Shown here: piece by piece, positions 7,720-15,974 of the stretch | How the letters are laid out: each line of letters starts with the position of its first letter | How positions within the stretch are numbered: position 1 is the first letter of the stretch | DNA from: an uncultured virus (IMG/VR IMGVR_UViG_3300033066_000839) | Taxonomy: Duplodnaviria; Heunggongvirae; Uroviricota; Caudoviricetes | Length of the DNA: 20,000 bases | IMG/VR virus record: IMGVR_UViG_3300033066_000839 | Strand: one strand, 5' to 3' | The notes under the pieces: model-generated | Databases searched by the model: none | Seen by the model: only the letters and a program-made list of their open reading frames with translations | What the model was told of the DNA's origin: nothing | Made by a program: the position numbers and the translations under genes

Positions 7720-9006
7720 CTATATTTCTACTTCGTTTTTTGCCAACAGTGTTTTAGTATAAAGGTTTATAAAGTGTTGCTGGAAAGCTCTCGTTTCATC
7801 GCTAAGACCAGTATTGAAATGTTCGTTCTCTTCGATTAGCATAGCTACAATATCAAACAATGAGCTGTTAAGCATTGTATTACAAATATATATCTTCTTT
7901 TCGTCAAGATTTACACATGCCAAACGTGTCTTATCCCCGAAATACCCAAACACAAATTTCAGGTCTGGATGAAGTAAATAGTCGCATTGCTCCAATATAA
8001 CAAGTGCTTGCTTTACTCTGTTGTCTAAGATAGGGTCGTAGTGTTCTAGGAACTCATTAGCCTTACTGGCAACCCGAAGCGCACCGATGCCATCAAACTG
8101 CTTTGTAAGGGCTTTATAAACCACTTTAGGAACAACTATATTCTTAACAGTATCAATAGATATTCCCCTTGCTTCAGCATCCTCAACTGCTTTATTATGG
8201 ATTATTTTGGCATTACCAATAACATTAACCCATGACTTACTCCATTTTTCAATCATCCAGTCAAAATCCATAGTGCCATCCTTACCCTCAAAATGCTCTT
8301 CTGTAACATTCTCCAGAAAATATTGTGCGACCTTTTCATTTGCCTGACTAAGCGCTTCGCAGATAGGTAGCGTTAGCGTATTGTTGTATTCACGCAGCTC
8401 GTTAATTTTAGCGTTCTTAATATCATAAGAGAATAGCGATTTATGTGTATCACTTTCATATATCAAAACGCCTTGTTTGTAGAATCTTAACTTTTGCCCG
8501 CCAGCATATATTTTATGGGTAGCGGTCTCATGTAGCGGCTCTTGGTTATGTATAAAGTATTTACCCCAGTTATCCAGCACCTCTTGTATCTGGCTGTCAA
8601 TCTGAATATAAAACACGGTGTTACCTTCATGTGGCACTGGGTTATCAGTTATTTCATAGTGCGCTTCACCTTCGTCAAGAGCATTACACCACAGCTCACG
8701 TATTACCATCCATGCTTTCCAGTCAGAGCCCATCTTTGTGGTAATGCTGGTGCGGTTGCCGTTTATACAGATGATTTCAAATACCTCATCACGTATGGTC
8801 TCTTTCTCGATGTTTACTTTCACTAATTCATTACCGACAAATATCTTAAAGTCAAGATTATTACGGTACAGAAACGCTAAGGTATATTTCAACCCCGTAC
8901 CAAACTGCCCGATTTTGTATTGGTCTTTATCTTTAGTAGAACCTCCCATGAGTGCTACAAGGCGAATGTCAAGTAAACCTTTGTTGCTGATTGCTAAGTA
9001 TTTCAT
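7720..9006 (-). CDS. GHKL/HATPase_c-like ATPase with C-terminal zincin-like domain
   Basis: 'IGQFGTGLKY' (G2/ATP-lid) and 'RELWCNALDE' (N-box); C-terminal 'KIYI...LIEENEHFNTGLSDETRAFQ'. Confidence 0.7.
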   Translation of the reverse strand: MKYLAISNKGLLDIRLVALMGGSTKDKDQYKIGQFGTGLKYTLAFLYRNNLDFKIFVGNELVKVNIEKETIRDEVFEIICINGNRTSITTKMGSDWKAWMVIRELWCNALDEGEAHYEITDNPVPHEGNTVFYIQIDSQIQEVLDNWGKYFIHNQEPLHETATHKIYAGGQKLRFYKQGVLIYESDTHKSLFSYDIKNAKINELREYNNTLTLPICEALSQANEKVAQYFLENVTEEHFEGKDGTMDFDWMIEKWSKSWVNVIGNAKIIHNKAVEDAEARGISIDTVKNIVVPKVVYKALTKQFDGIGALRVASKANEFLEHYDPILDNRVKQALVILEQCDYLLHPDLKFVFGYFGDKTRLACVNLDEKKIYICNTMLNSSLFDIVAMLIEENEHFNTGLSDETRAFQQHFINLYTKTLLAKNEVEI

Positions 9007-9023
9007 ATGTGTAATTGATTTTG

Positions 9024-9280
9024 TTATTCCCCAAGTAATTGACTTAAAAATTTAGTTTTAGTCCTTTGCGATTCAGCATAAGCACCTAAATGAAAACATG
9101 CATATGCTAATTCGTTGGGGTTATTAAGTAACTTTGATATTGCCGCAATAGCATCTGGATAGGTTTTAGTTTCATCATGGCATTTTTCTATGATTGCATC
9201 TATTTCCGTTTCTCTTTCATTGCTTATGCGAAGCTATCATTATCAATTTCAACTGCTGTTACAAGTATGTTATTATTCAT
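9024..9280 (-). pseudogene. frameshifted small gene (about 85 aa if one base is restored near 9229)
   Basis: ATG at 9280 with the shared leader gives MNNNILVTAVEIDNDSFA*. A shifted frame with no start of its own continues ISNERETEIDAIIEKCHDETKTYPDAIAAISKLLNNPNELAYACFHLGAYAESQRTKTKFLSQLLGE* to TAA at 9024. Confidence 0.6.
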
Positions 9281-9293
9281 GTGTAATTGGTTT

Positions 9294-9542
9294 TTATTTA
9301 GAGTTAGAGATATTGAACAATGTATCAGCAAAAACGCTTTCACCTCCGATAGTTACCATAACTGTAGGCTCTAGGAAACTTTCTACAATCTCATATCCAG
9401 TAATTTTTTGAGGAGCGCTGTACATTACATTGCCGTTTCCGTCAATCTCCGTAAGAAGCCTGCTTTGTGCCATTTTACCAGTTAGAAATTGCCCGTATCT
9501 TTCCGCCGCTAGAGCTTCTGGGCTTGCTGAATAGTGTACCAT
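9294..9542 (-). CDS. hypothetical early protein
   Basis: 82 aa; first gene after the repeated promoter cassette. Confidence 0.65.
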   Translation of the reverse strand: MVHYSASPEALAAERYGQFLTGKMAQSRLLTEIDGNGNVMYSAPQKITGYEIVESFLEPTVMVTIGGESVFADTLFNISNSK

Positions 9543-9611
9543 CTTGCTTAATGTTTAAGTGTTAAAATTGATTTGTTGACACAAAGATAGTGTTATGTTT
9601 TGAAATAACAA
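9538..9611 (-). promoter_or_regulatory. promoter/operator/leader cassette, copy 1
   Basis: On the - strand TTG-N19-TATCTTTG (box at 9582-9589); inverted repeat TGTTAT-N8-ATAACA at 9591-9610; near-identical to 16705-16777. Confidence 0.85.
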
Positions 9612-9634
9612 CACCAAGCAAAGATATTTTTTAT

Positions 9635-9904
9635 TTATATTTCATCCTTTGCTTTCAGTGCTGATTTAAGGTCTACTTTCTCACTGTTGGCAGCTAGAAA
9701 ATCCTCATTTTTGAAAGTGTGTTGCTCACACAAATAGAATGGCTTTGTAATGAGGCTTACGGTAGGCTTCATAGTAAATGCAAATAGTATCGGGTGTTTC
9801 GTGCAATACCCCATAGTACCTTCAGCATCAATCTTATTAAAGTGAATACAGTTGGCGCAGCTCCTAATCATAGGTAAGCCTGCTTTATTTAAATACGTGT
9901 GCAT
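9635..9904 (-). CDS. small Cys/His zinc-binding protein
   Basis: CANCIHF...GYC...CEQH. Confidence 0.7.
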   Translation of the reverse strand: MHTYLNKAGLPMIRSCANCIHFNKIDAEGTMGYCTKHPILFAFTMKPTVSLITKPFYLCEQHTFKNEDFLAANSEKVDLKSALKAKDEI

Positions 9905-9967
9905 AATTATCGCTATTTAGACAAGCCAATCCGAATAGAGATAATTTTTATTTTCCGATAAAAATAC

Positions 9968-10062
9968 TAATTTTACACCACTCTACGAGGGGTAGTACAG
10001 TAATACACAGTTCTCATTTACTAAGAGCGCTTCAGGTTTGTGCCTGTGGCGCTTTTACTTTT
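9968..10062 (+). ncRNA. candidate small RNA unit 3, overlapping the 3' end of the polymerase gene in antisense
   Basis: Variant box TAATTTTA at 9968-9975; hairpin AAGAGCGCTTCAGG-TTTGTG-CCTGTGGCGCTTTT (10023-10056) followed by ACTTTT. Confidence 0.35.
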
Positions 10063-10790
10063 GTGAGGTGCTTACAATCCATACCAAGCTCATTAAAGAA
10101 CTCCGCCACACGCTCCCTGTTCTTTTTGGTATCACGGTAGTAAATGCAATCCGTTCTATAGGCGTAGAAATCCCCTCCAAGCATCATTTTACATGCCTGC
10201 ATCATTTTATAGCATTCATACCGTACTTTACGGTAACAGGCTACCAGCATCGGGTCTGGTTCTATTTTTAGTATGTTATCAGTGATGACTCCGTTTTTGA
10301 TAATCTTATACTCTTTACTGCTACCGATGGCAGCTAATGCTGCTAACCGTGTGGTCTTGTGGTCTCCCTTCATACCGTGATTATAGGTATTCTCGCTAAT
10401 GATACCGAATAGGTATGCTATGCGCCAGTATGCTGCTGTAAGGTCCGTAGCCGCAAGAGGAGAGCTGATATGCTGATATTCGTAGTTGGTCTCGTTGGTA
10501 GGGTAGCGCTTTGATACTCTGATAGTCTTTTTACCTTCACAGTATTTTTTTGCATCGCGTTTTACCATTCCAAACAGGAATAGTCCGCGTTGCGCTTTCT
10601 TAGATACGTTTTTACCCTGAAACCTGAAGCTGCGTTTCTCATATACAAGTTCGTTAGCAAAGTTAGCTACGCGGTAGTACCCGTTTAACTTGTTCTGCTT
10701 TATAAAGTCCAGCATCATTTGTTCACGGTGCTTAGGCTGAAACTCTGTTTGATTTGCCAGCTTGCGTTTGCGTAGTATTATTTGAGCCAT
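10032..10790 (-). CDS. minimal family-B-like DNA polymerase (palm/fingers only)
   Basis: Motif A-like DLTAAYW, motif B-like KTTRLAALAAIG and motif C-like YRTDCIYY in canonical order; no exonuclease motifs seen. Confidence 0.65.
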   Translation of the reverse strand: MAQIILRKRKLANQTEFQPKHREQMMLDFIKQNKLNGYYRVANFANELVYEKRSFRFQGKNVSKKAQRGLFLFGMVKRDAKKYCEGKKTIRVSKRYPTNETNYEYQHISSPLAATDLTAAYWRIAYLFGIISENTYNHGMKGDHKTTRLAALAAIGSSKEYKIIKNGVITDNILKIEPDPMLVACYRKVRYECYKMMQACKMMLGGDFYAYRTDCIYYRDTKKNRERVAEFFNELGMDCKHLTKVKAPQAQT

Positions 10791-10794
10791 TGTA

Positions 10795-11751
10795 TTATTT
10801 TATCTCGCCTCCGCCTTGAAAGTTGGAGTATAGTTTTTTGATTGCTTTTTTGTATTCAGCTTCGGTTATAATACCTCTATCGTAATCTTTATCAATTAAT
10901 TTACGGGCTTGGGCAAATATTTTACTTTTTACGGCGCTTACGGCGAATTTACCTGCATCTGATTTGTAGCGCCTGCCCGCTTTGGTAATCTCACGTAATT
11001 GTTCAATGTTTTCTTTGGTGCGTTTCTTAGCCTGACTGATTCGTTTCTTCTCGGACTTTAGCTTTGACATTTTCTGTGTCATGATGTCCTGCACTCTTCT
11101 GGCTTGCTTTTTCCCTTCTTTACTGGTAACCTTATAACTTATGGGTGTTGACTGGTCTATTGGTCTGCCGTTGATAGCTAAGATAAAATCAATAAAATAG
11201 TTTTCATTAGTGCCGTCATTAGGTCTGCCCGCTTTCAGCTTTTTCATGCCGACAAATTCTAGGGTAGAGTTGTCTTCAGCAAGTTCGCGTAGGTTGTCTA
11301 TTATATCCCTGACGGTGCTTTTGTGGTATGCGTAGTTTCTGGTATTAAATATGCTGGTGTGCCCGTATGACCCTGCGTTAACTCTCACATAGATACAGTC
11401 TGGCATGATACGCTCGATATGCTCATCTATGGCAAACCAATCTACTATGGCATAAGAGCTTATGGGTAAAAGGTTTACATCGCATATGTCTTTTGGAGGT
11501 ATCTGCTCCAGTATGCCCATTATTTTGCGCTGTATCTCGCGTACCTTAACGGGTTTGTTTTGATAGAAGGGATATATGCTTGATGTAATGATGCTGCGCA
11601 TTTCGACTGCGCTAAGCCTCCTGTTGTCCGATAGGCTTCGGTTGATATTACCGAATATCTTTAATATGTGGTTGTACTTCTGTAATGCTTTACTCGCTGG
11701 CTTCGGCGGCGATTTTTTATTGCTGTTTTTACTTTTTTTTGATGAAGCCAT
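10795..11751 (-). CDS. basic hypothetical protein, likely co-transcribed with the polymerase
   Basis: 318 aa with K/R-rich termini and a helical C-terminal third; 4 nt from the polymerase start. Confidence 0.7.
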   Translation of the reverse strand: MASSKKSKNSNKKSPPKPASKALQKYNHILKIFGNINRSLSDNRRLSAVEMRSIITSSIYPFYQNKPVKVREIQRKIMGILEQIPPKDICDVNLLPISSYAIVDWFAIDEHIERIMPDCIYVRVNAGSYGHTSIFNTRNYAYHKSTVRDIIDNLRELAEDNSTLEFVGMKKLKAGRPNDGTNENYFIDFILAINGRPIDQSTPISYKVTSKEGKKQARRVQDIMTQKMSKLKSEKKRISQAKKRTKENIEQLREITKAGRRYKSDAGKFAVSAVKSKIFAQARKLIDKDYDRGIITEAEYKKAIKKLYSNFQGGGEIK

Positions 11752-11801
11752 AAGAAACTATCGGGAGGGTAAAATTATAACTTTTGGAAAAATTAATTGC
11801 T

Positions 11802-12104
11802 TTATTTTATGTCTTTGCTAAATACGCTGGCATCTTTATGCCTTTCCCGCCATGTAGAGCCCCTTAATTCCTGATTATCTGCCTGTACCTGCCTTCTTGC
11901 TCTGGTGATGGTATCTGCGTCTGTAATGCGCCCCTGTGCGTATGCCCACATGAAATGTAAGGCTGATACTTTCTCGGCTTCTGGGAACTCCATATGCCAG
12001 ATGGTGCACACAAGAGCATCGTCATTATCTCTTAACTCCCTTTCTTTTTCCAGTAGCTTTTTTACTACTACACTTATGTTTTTTAATTTACCTATGTTAG
12101 CCAT
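11802..12104 (-). CDS. conserved phage hypothetical protein
   Basis: 'LRDNDDAL...W...TITRARRQVQ...LRG' pattern; likely start MANIGK at 12104. Confidence 0.65.
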   Translation of the reverse strand: MANIGKLKNISVVVKKLLEKERELRDNDDALVCTIWHMEFPEAEKVSALHFMWAYAQGRITDADTITRARRQVQADNQELRGSTWRERHKDASVFSKDIK

Positions 12105-12117
12105 ATAGAAAATATAT

Positions 12118-12315
12118 TTATTCGTCTGGTGTAACAATTACTTCAACCTGTCCTAATATTATAAATTCTTCATACTTTTCCTCCCACCATTTCATAAGGG
12201 TATGTAATTGCAGTGTGCCTAAAACATACTCACGCTCATAAAGCATTCCGTCAACCATTAATTTAATGGTAGCGGCAAATGGCTTGGTAACAAATGGAGG
12301 CTTTCGAGGTTTCAC
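12118..12315 (-). CDS. hypothetical protein
   Basis: 65 aa, 4-nt overlap with the HNH gene. Confidence 0.5.
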   Translation of the reverse strand: MKPRKPPFVTKPFAATIKLMVDGMLYEREYVLGTLQLHTLMKWWEEKYEEFIILGQVEVIVTPDE

Positions 12316-12665
12316 AATTTATAATGTGGGTTTGAATTATAAGATTCAGTCCTATGTATTATTGATGTGGTATTTCGATGCATCGTTACACATAAATCAT
12401 AATCTATGGTCATGCCTCTGAATTTTAAAGCACCGTTTATTCTTATTGGGTGCAAATTCTTAAATAGAAAATCTTTAAATTCCAGTAACGTCATATTTGA
12501 TTTCATTGAATTACAAAGCTGACATGCTAATAGTATGTTTTGCTTTTCATTGCCACCACCTTTAGAGGTAGGCAGTAGGTGTTCTTTTGTTGGCTTTAAT
12601 ATCACATTATCATGGTAATCACCAAAACACCTACTACAATAACAGCATTTTTTATTCTTACCCAT
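12312..12665 (-). CDS. HNH endonuclease
   Basis: CxYC...TKEHLLPTSKGGGN...NILLACQLCNSMK. Confidence 0.9.
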   Translation of the reverse strand: MGKNKKCCYCSRCFGDYHDNVILKPTKEHLLPTSKGGGNEKQNILLACQLCNSMKSNMTLLEFKDFLFKNLHPIRINGALKFRGMTIDYDLCVTMHRNTTSIIHRTESYNSNPHYKL

Positions 12666-12667
12666 AC

Positions 12668-12934
12668 CTAAATATCATAAGACGTTCCGCCTATAACAAA
12701 CGGATGTACTCTATTTTCGGTTAACTGGTTAATGGTTTTATTTTCACCAGTATCAACGTCCTTAATAGTAACACTGTCCCATTTTTCTACAGTTAGCTCT
12801 TCAATAGTATCATTTCTATCAACTTGCTGTAATATAAGTTCGCCAATACCGTCAAGTTCTTTCAGCGCTGTTAAAAGTGTGTAGGCTGCAACCCAATACT
12901 TTTCTCCATTAATCGTAATTTCAAATACTCTCAT
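12668..12934 (-). CDS. hypothetical protein
   Basis: 88 aa ORF packed in the operon. Confidence 0.65.
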   Translation of the reverse strand: MRVFEITINGEKYWVAAYTLLTALKELDGIGELILQQVDRNDTIEELTVEKWDSVTIKDVDTGENKTINQLTENRVHPFVIGGTSYDI

Positions 12935-12946
12935 ATTTTTTAGTTT

Positions 12947-13249
12947 TTATTTAATATATTCTTGTAGCTTTTTTTCTCCTTCCCTATACATATCTATTAC
13001 CATCTCACCTATTTTAAGATAAGTAGATACACGGAAAGCAATCATTTGATAAGTAAGCACATAGTTTTTATATGCCTTTACGACTTGTGTGCCATCGTGG
13101 GGCTTAAAGCTGTCCTTATATTCTAAAACATGCTTTTTTATTACAACCATTGGTTCTTTTTCAGTATTGCAGTACACCAGCACTACGGTTTTAGCATACA
13201 AACCCTCTATGGTCTTATTTCTGATTATTCGTTTGCTTATTACAACCAT
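12947..13249 (-). CDS. hypothetical protein
   Basis: Likely ATG start at 13249 (MVVISKR), 4 nt after the upstream stop. Confidence 0.6.
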   Translation of the reverse strand: MVVISKRIIRNKTIEGLYAKTVVLVYCNTEKEPMVVIKKHVLEYKDSFKPHDGTQVVKAYKNYVLTYQMIAFRVSTYLKIGEMVIDMYREGEKKLQEYIK

Positions 13250-13253
13250 AACA

Positions 13254-14099
13254 TTAATTAGTTTTCTTTTTTTCAATTTCTTTTCTACGCGCCGTGAACA
13301 AGGTCATGATAGCAGTAACACTTTCTATCTTTGACTTTTCAGATTCAAACATCTTTGTTAGGTCTTCAATGGTATCTATGCCTAACAGCGTATCTTTCCA
13401 CATCGTTAGAGTATCTTCGTCAACCTCCTGCGTTTCGTCCTGAAAAGAGCGCTCTACGGCTTCATCAAGCAGCTTTTCTATTTCCCTGCTCACCTTCCAT
13501 TTGTTTCGTAAATCGGGTATCGTATATCCATTACATAAATACCCAACAGCTTCATAAAAATCTGGTGTGCCTGCATCAATCCATTTCTTTTTAGAATCAT
13601 CTATTTTGGGGATAGGCGGCAATTCATCATTTTCCGCTACTTCGTCCATTTCCTCAAGAGGAGTGCTAGTAAACCCTGCCGACTTCATAAGCCATCCTAA
13701 CAGGTTTCTGTAAGCCTTACCGATAGAGCGTGTTTGTGCCATGCTTAATATGGCATATTCATCAAATGTCTTTTTCTTGCTTTCCTGCTTTGAGCATATC
13801 GCCTCTCCGCAACCGACAATCGTTCCAGAGTGCATGTCAAGTAGCTCACACTTCGCCCAATACTTAAAAGTGCTACCAATGGTAAGGTTCTTAGTCTCCC
13901 TGATAATGGGCACAATGCCTAAGCGCCCGCCAGCGTATTGCCAACCCTCTACATATACATACTGCTCATTGCGTATTTGCTTTGATAGCTTTTTATCTTT
14001 GATGTACGTTGCTAGCTCTGCGGCTAGGTCCTCAAGAGATTTTGGGTTATCCAGCTTATATATGGTTACGGTCTCCAGTGACTTTTCCTGTTCGCTCAT
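13254..14099 (-). CDS. single-strand annealing protein (Rad52/Sak/RecT-like recombinase)
   Basis: 'YVYVEGW', 'GEAICS', 'SMAQTRSIGKAYR', 'TPLEEM' plus an acidic C-terminal domain; likely start MSEQEK at 14099. Confidence 0.65.
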   Translation of the reverse strand: MSEQEKSLETVTIYKLDNPKSLEDLAAELATYIKDKKLSKQIRNEQYVYVEGWQYAGGRLGIVPIIRETKNLTIGSTFKYWAKCELLDMHSGTIVGCGEAICSKQESKKKTFDEYAILSMAQTRSIGKAYRNLLGWLMKSAGFTSTPLEEMDEVAENDELPPIPKIDDSKKKWIDAGTPDFYEAVGYLCNGYTIPDLRNKWKVSREIEKLLDEAVERSFQDETQEVDEDTLTMWKDTLLGIDTIEDLTKMFESEKSKIESVTAIMTLFTARRKEIEKKKTN

Positions 14100-14256
14100 C
14101 TGTTTTATTTTTATCAGTTGTAGTTGAATTGTTTTTATGTGTTTCGCCAAGCTCCAAGTGAATCAGCCTCTCCGCACTTTGTTTGCGGCTCTTGGATGAG
14201 TTCTGGATAATATCCCACTGCTGCTGCTCTATATGGAGTTGTCTGTTGCTAATCAT
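14056..14256 (-). CDS. hypothetical protein
   Basis: 66 aa; ATGA overlap with the upstream gene; fills the gap before the annealing-protein gene. Confidence 0.45.
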   Translation of the reverse strand: MISNRQLHIEQQQWDIIQNSSKSRKQSAERLIHLELGETHKNNSTTTDKNKTDERTGKVTGDRNHI

Positions 14257-14570
14257 TGTTTGATAGTTTGTGTTTCCAGTTGTTCTATAAGCTGCTCGGC
14301 AGTGATACCAGAATATTCAATGGTTTTTCTTTTAGGAGCGAACATTGCTTGGTCTAGCCACCATATGTTAGTCTTCATACTCCCACTATTATTACACAGA
14401 CCACATTTAATAAAGCCCCCATCTGTTCTTTTGCCAATGTCTATCAATATAGTTTTACAATTACATTCTGGAGATTGAAGTGCTTTAATTACAAATTCAT
14501 CACCAACTTTTATGCCTGTTCGTGCGTGTGGTAAAATAGCTACAATCTCCTGTCCTATGTGCCAATTCAT
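14253..14570 (-). CDS. small Cys-containing (CxC...CxxC) protein
   Basis: 105 aa; ECNC and KCGLC motifs. Confidence 0.65.
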   Translation of the reverse strand: MNWHIGQEIVAILPHARTGIKVGDEFVIKALQSPECNCKTILIDIGKRTDGGFIKCGLCNNSGSMKTNIWWLDQAMFAPKRKTIEYSGITAEQLIEQLETQTIKQ

Positions 14571-15898
14571 ATTCCTTCTGGTTTTATTATAAATAAATAT
14601 GCTTTTAATTCACGCGAATGAGAATATCCTTTTTTAATTTCTTGGGCTGTAGCATAGTATTTAGTAGTATACTGGTTAAACCCCGCCCAGTTTGATTGAT
14701 TGGCTATTTTAAATTTTGTTTTATCAAACGTACAGGTATATTGTAAAACGTGATTTCCCGTTGGATTACCCCGCCTAGTTAACTCTAAAACAGTAACACC
14801 AATACGGTCACTTGTACCCCATACGTTATTTGTATCTTGAGTAGGTATAATAACCACCTTGCCATCTATTATGCCTCCATTTTTAACATGAGACAATAAT
14901 TTATCAGATAGCTCTGTGTCTAATTTTGAAGATGAAAGCAAGGTATATTTTTTATCTTTTTTCAATAATTCAACTTGTTTCTTGCATTGCTCCACCTTTT
15001 CAGCAAATGTAAGTTCTGCCTTTTTGCCGTTCATCTCCATAAGAATAGCAGCATATAATTCAGTGATTTGGTTTATTATTTTTTGTGATTGAGAGCTGGA
15101 TATGTCATTACCTAATTTTATATATTTAGGCATAAGGTCCTGTATGACTTTTTTCCCAGTCATTTCGATGAATACAGATGAGTCCAAAACCTTGTCTGGA
15201 TTATCCTTTCTGAACTTATAAACAAGAGCGCCAAAAAAGACATTAACCATACCGCCACAATTATTTATGGTTTCTAAAAAACGCATGTCTGATATAAACA
15301 TATCGTTTGTTATGCGCTGTTTTATTGCCTCTGCTTTTTTACTGCTATTTACGCTTAAACCATAATCATATTTTGTTTTTTCACCGTACAAATACCCATC
15401 AAACGCACCTGAAAAATTAAGAATATTGATGTTGTACACTGTTTTCATTAAAAGAGCAAATCCTCTGTCGTGGTATGAGCCGCTACCGTAAAACTTCCAG
15501 TTATTCAAGCGTACCATCAAAGTAAGTAATTCAGAATCCGTAAAGTCCTCATATCGGTATACCCTGACGTTAACATTCATGTCGGGTGCATTGTACCAGA
15601 GCAACCTTCTAAACCCGTCCAGTATTAGATGCTGACCGTCTTTTTCAAGTAAAAACAGGTTTTGATATTCGTAAATTTCGGCAGGCGGTTTTTTTTCTAT
15701 GTTTTTATCTTCATCCCTTTTACCCCTGTCGTAAATAATATCGGTATTGTATTTGTTATAGTCAATACCCATGCCGACAAGTACACTTTTAAGAGATTTG
15801 GATAGGCTCTGTGCGTTGTACTGTTTGAGCTCATAATATTTGCCAGAAAGAGCATCATGAAATCGCATTGATTGTGAAGACTTAGTATTTGTATTCAT
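14567..15898 (-). CDS. protein with N-terminal ParB/Srx-like domain
   Basis: 'LFLLEKDGQHLILDGFRRL' matches the ParB-like [IL]DGxxR motif; the remainder is unassigned. Confidence 0.6.
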   Translation of the reverse strand: MNTNTKSSQSMRFHDALSGKYYELKQYNAQSLSKSLKSVLVGMGIDYNKYNTDIIYDRGKRDEDKNIEKKPPAEIYEYQNLFLLEKDGQHLILDGFRRLLWYNAPDMNVNVRVYRYEDFTDSELLTLMVRLNNWKFYGSGSYHDRGFALLMKTVYNINILNFSGAFDGYLYGEKTKYDYGLSVNSSKKAEAIKQRITNDMFISDMRFLETINNCGGMVNVFFGALVYKFRKDNPDKVLDSSVFIEMTGKKVIQDLMPKYIKLGNDISSSQSQKIINQITELYAAILMEMNGKKAELTFAEKVEQCKKQVELLKKDKKYTLLSSSKLDTELSDKLLSHVKNGGIIDGKVVIIPTQDTNNVWGTSDRIGVTVLELTRRGNPTGNHVLQYTCTFDKTKFKIANQSNWAGFNQYTTKYYATAQEIKKGYSHSRELKAYLFIIKPEGI

Positions 15899-15974
15899 TC
15901 TTAATGTTGTTTGTAATTGATGTTGTAAATATAGTAAGCGCCTACGCCCGAAGGTTTCGGCGCATTAAGCCATT

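Noticed and set aside
12312..12665. HNH gene as an intron-encoded or mobile element
   Set aside because: It is a free-standing ORF coupled to its neighbours, with no interrupted host gene or intron structure visible.
13741..14127. Longer + strand ORFs within 5000-19300 (e.g. 5834-6181, 8738-9055, 13741-14127, 18931-19245)
   Set aside because: They are antisense shadows of better-supported - strand genes and have no recognisable motifs.
15936..15974. Hammerhead-ribozyme-like fragment on the - strand (GGCTTAATGCGCC-GAAA-CCTTCGGG)
   Set aside because: Stem II, GAAA and stem III look-alikes are present, but the CUGANGA core and the UH cleavage triplet are missing; at most a degenerate remnant or a simple hairpin.
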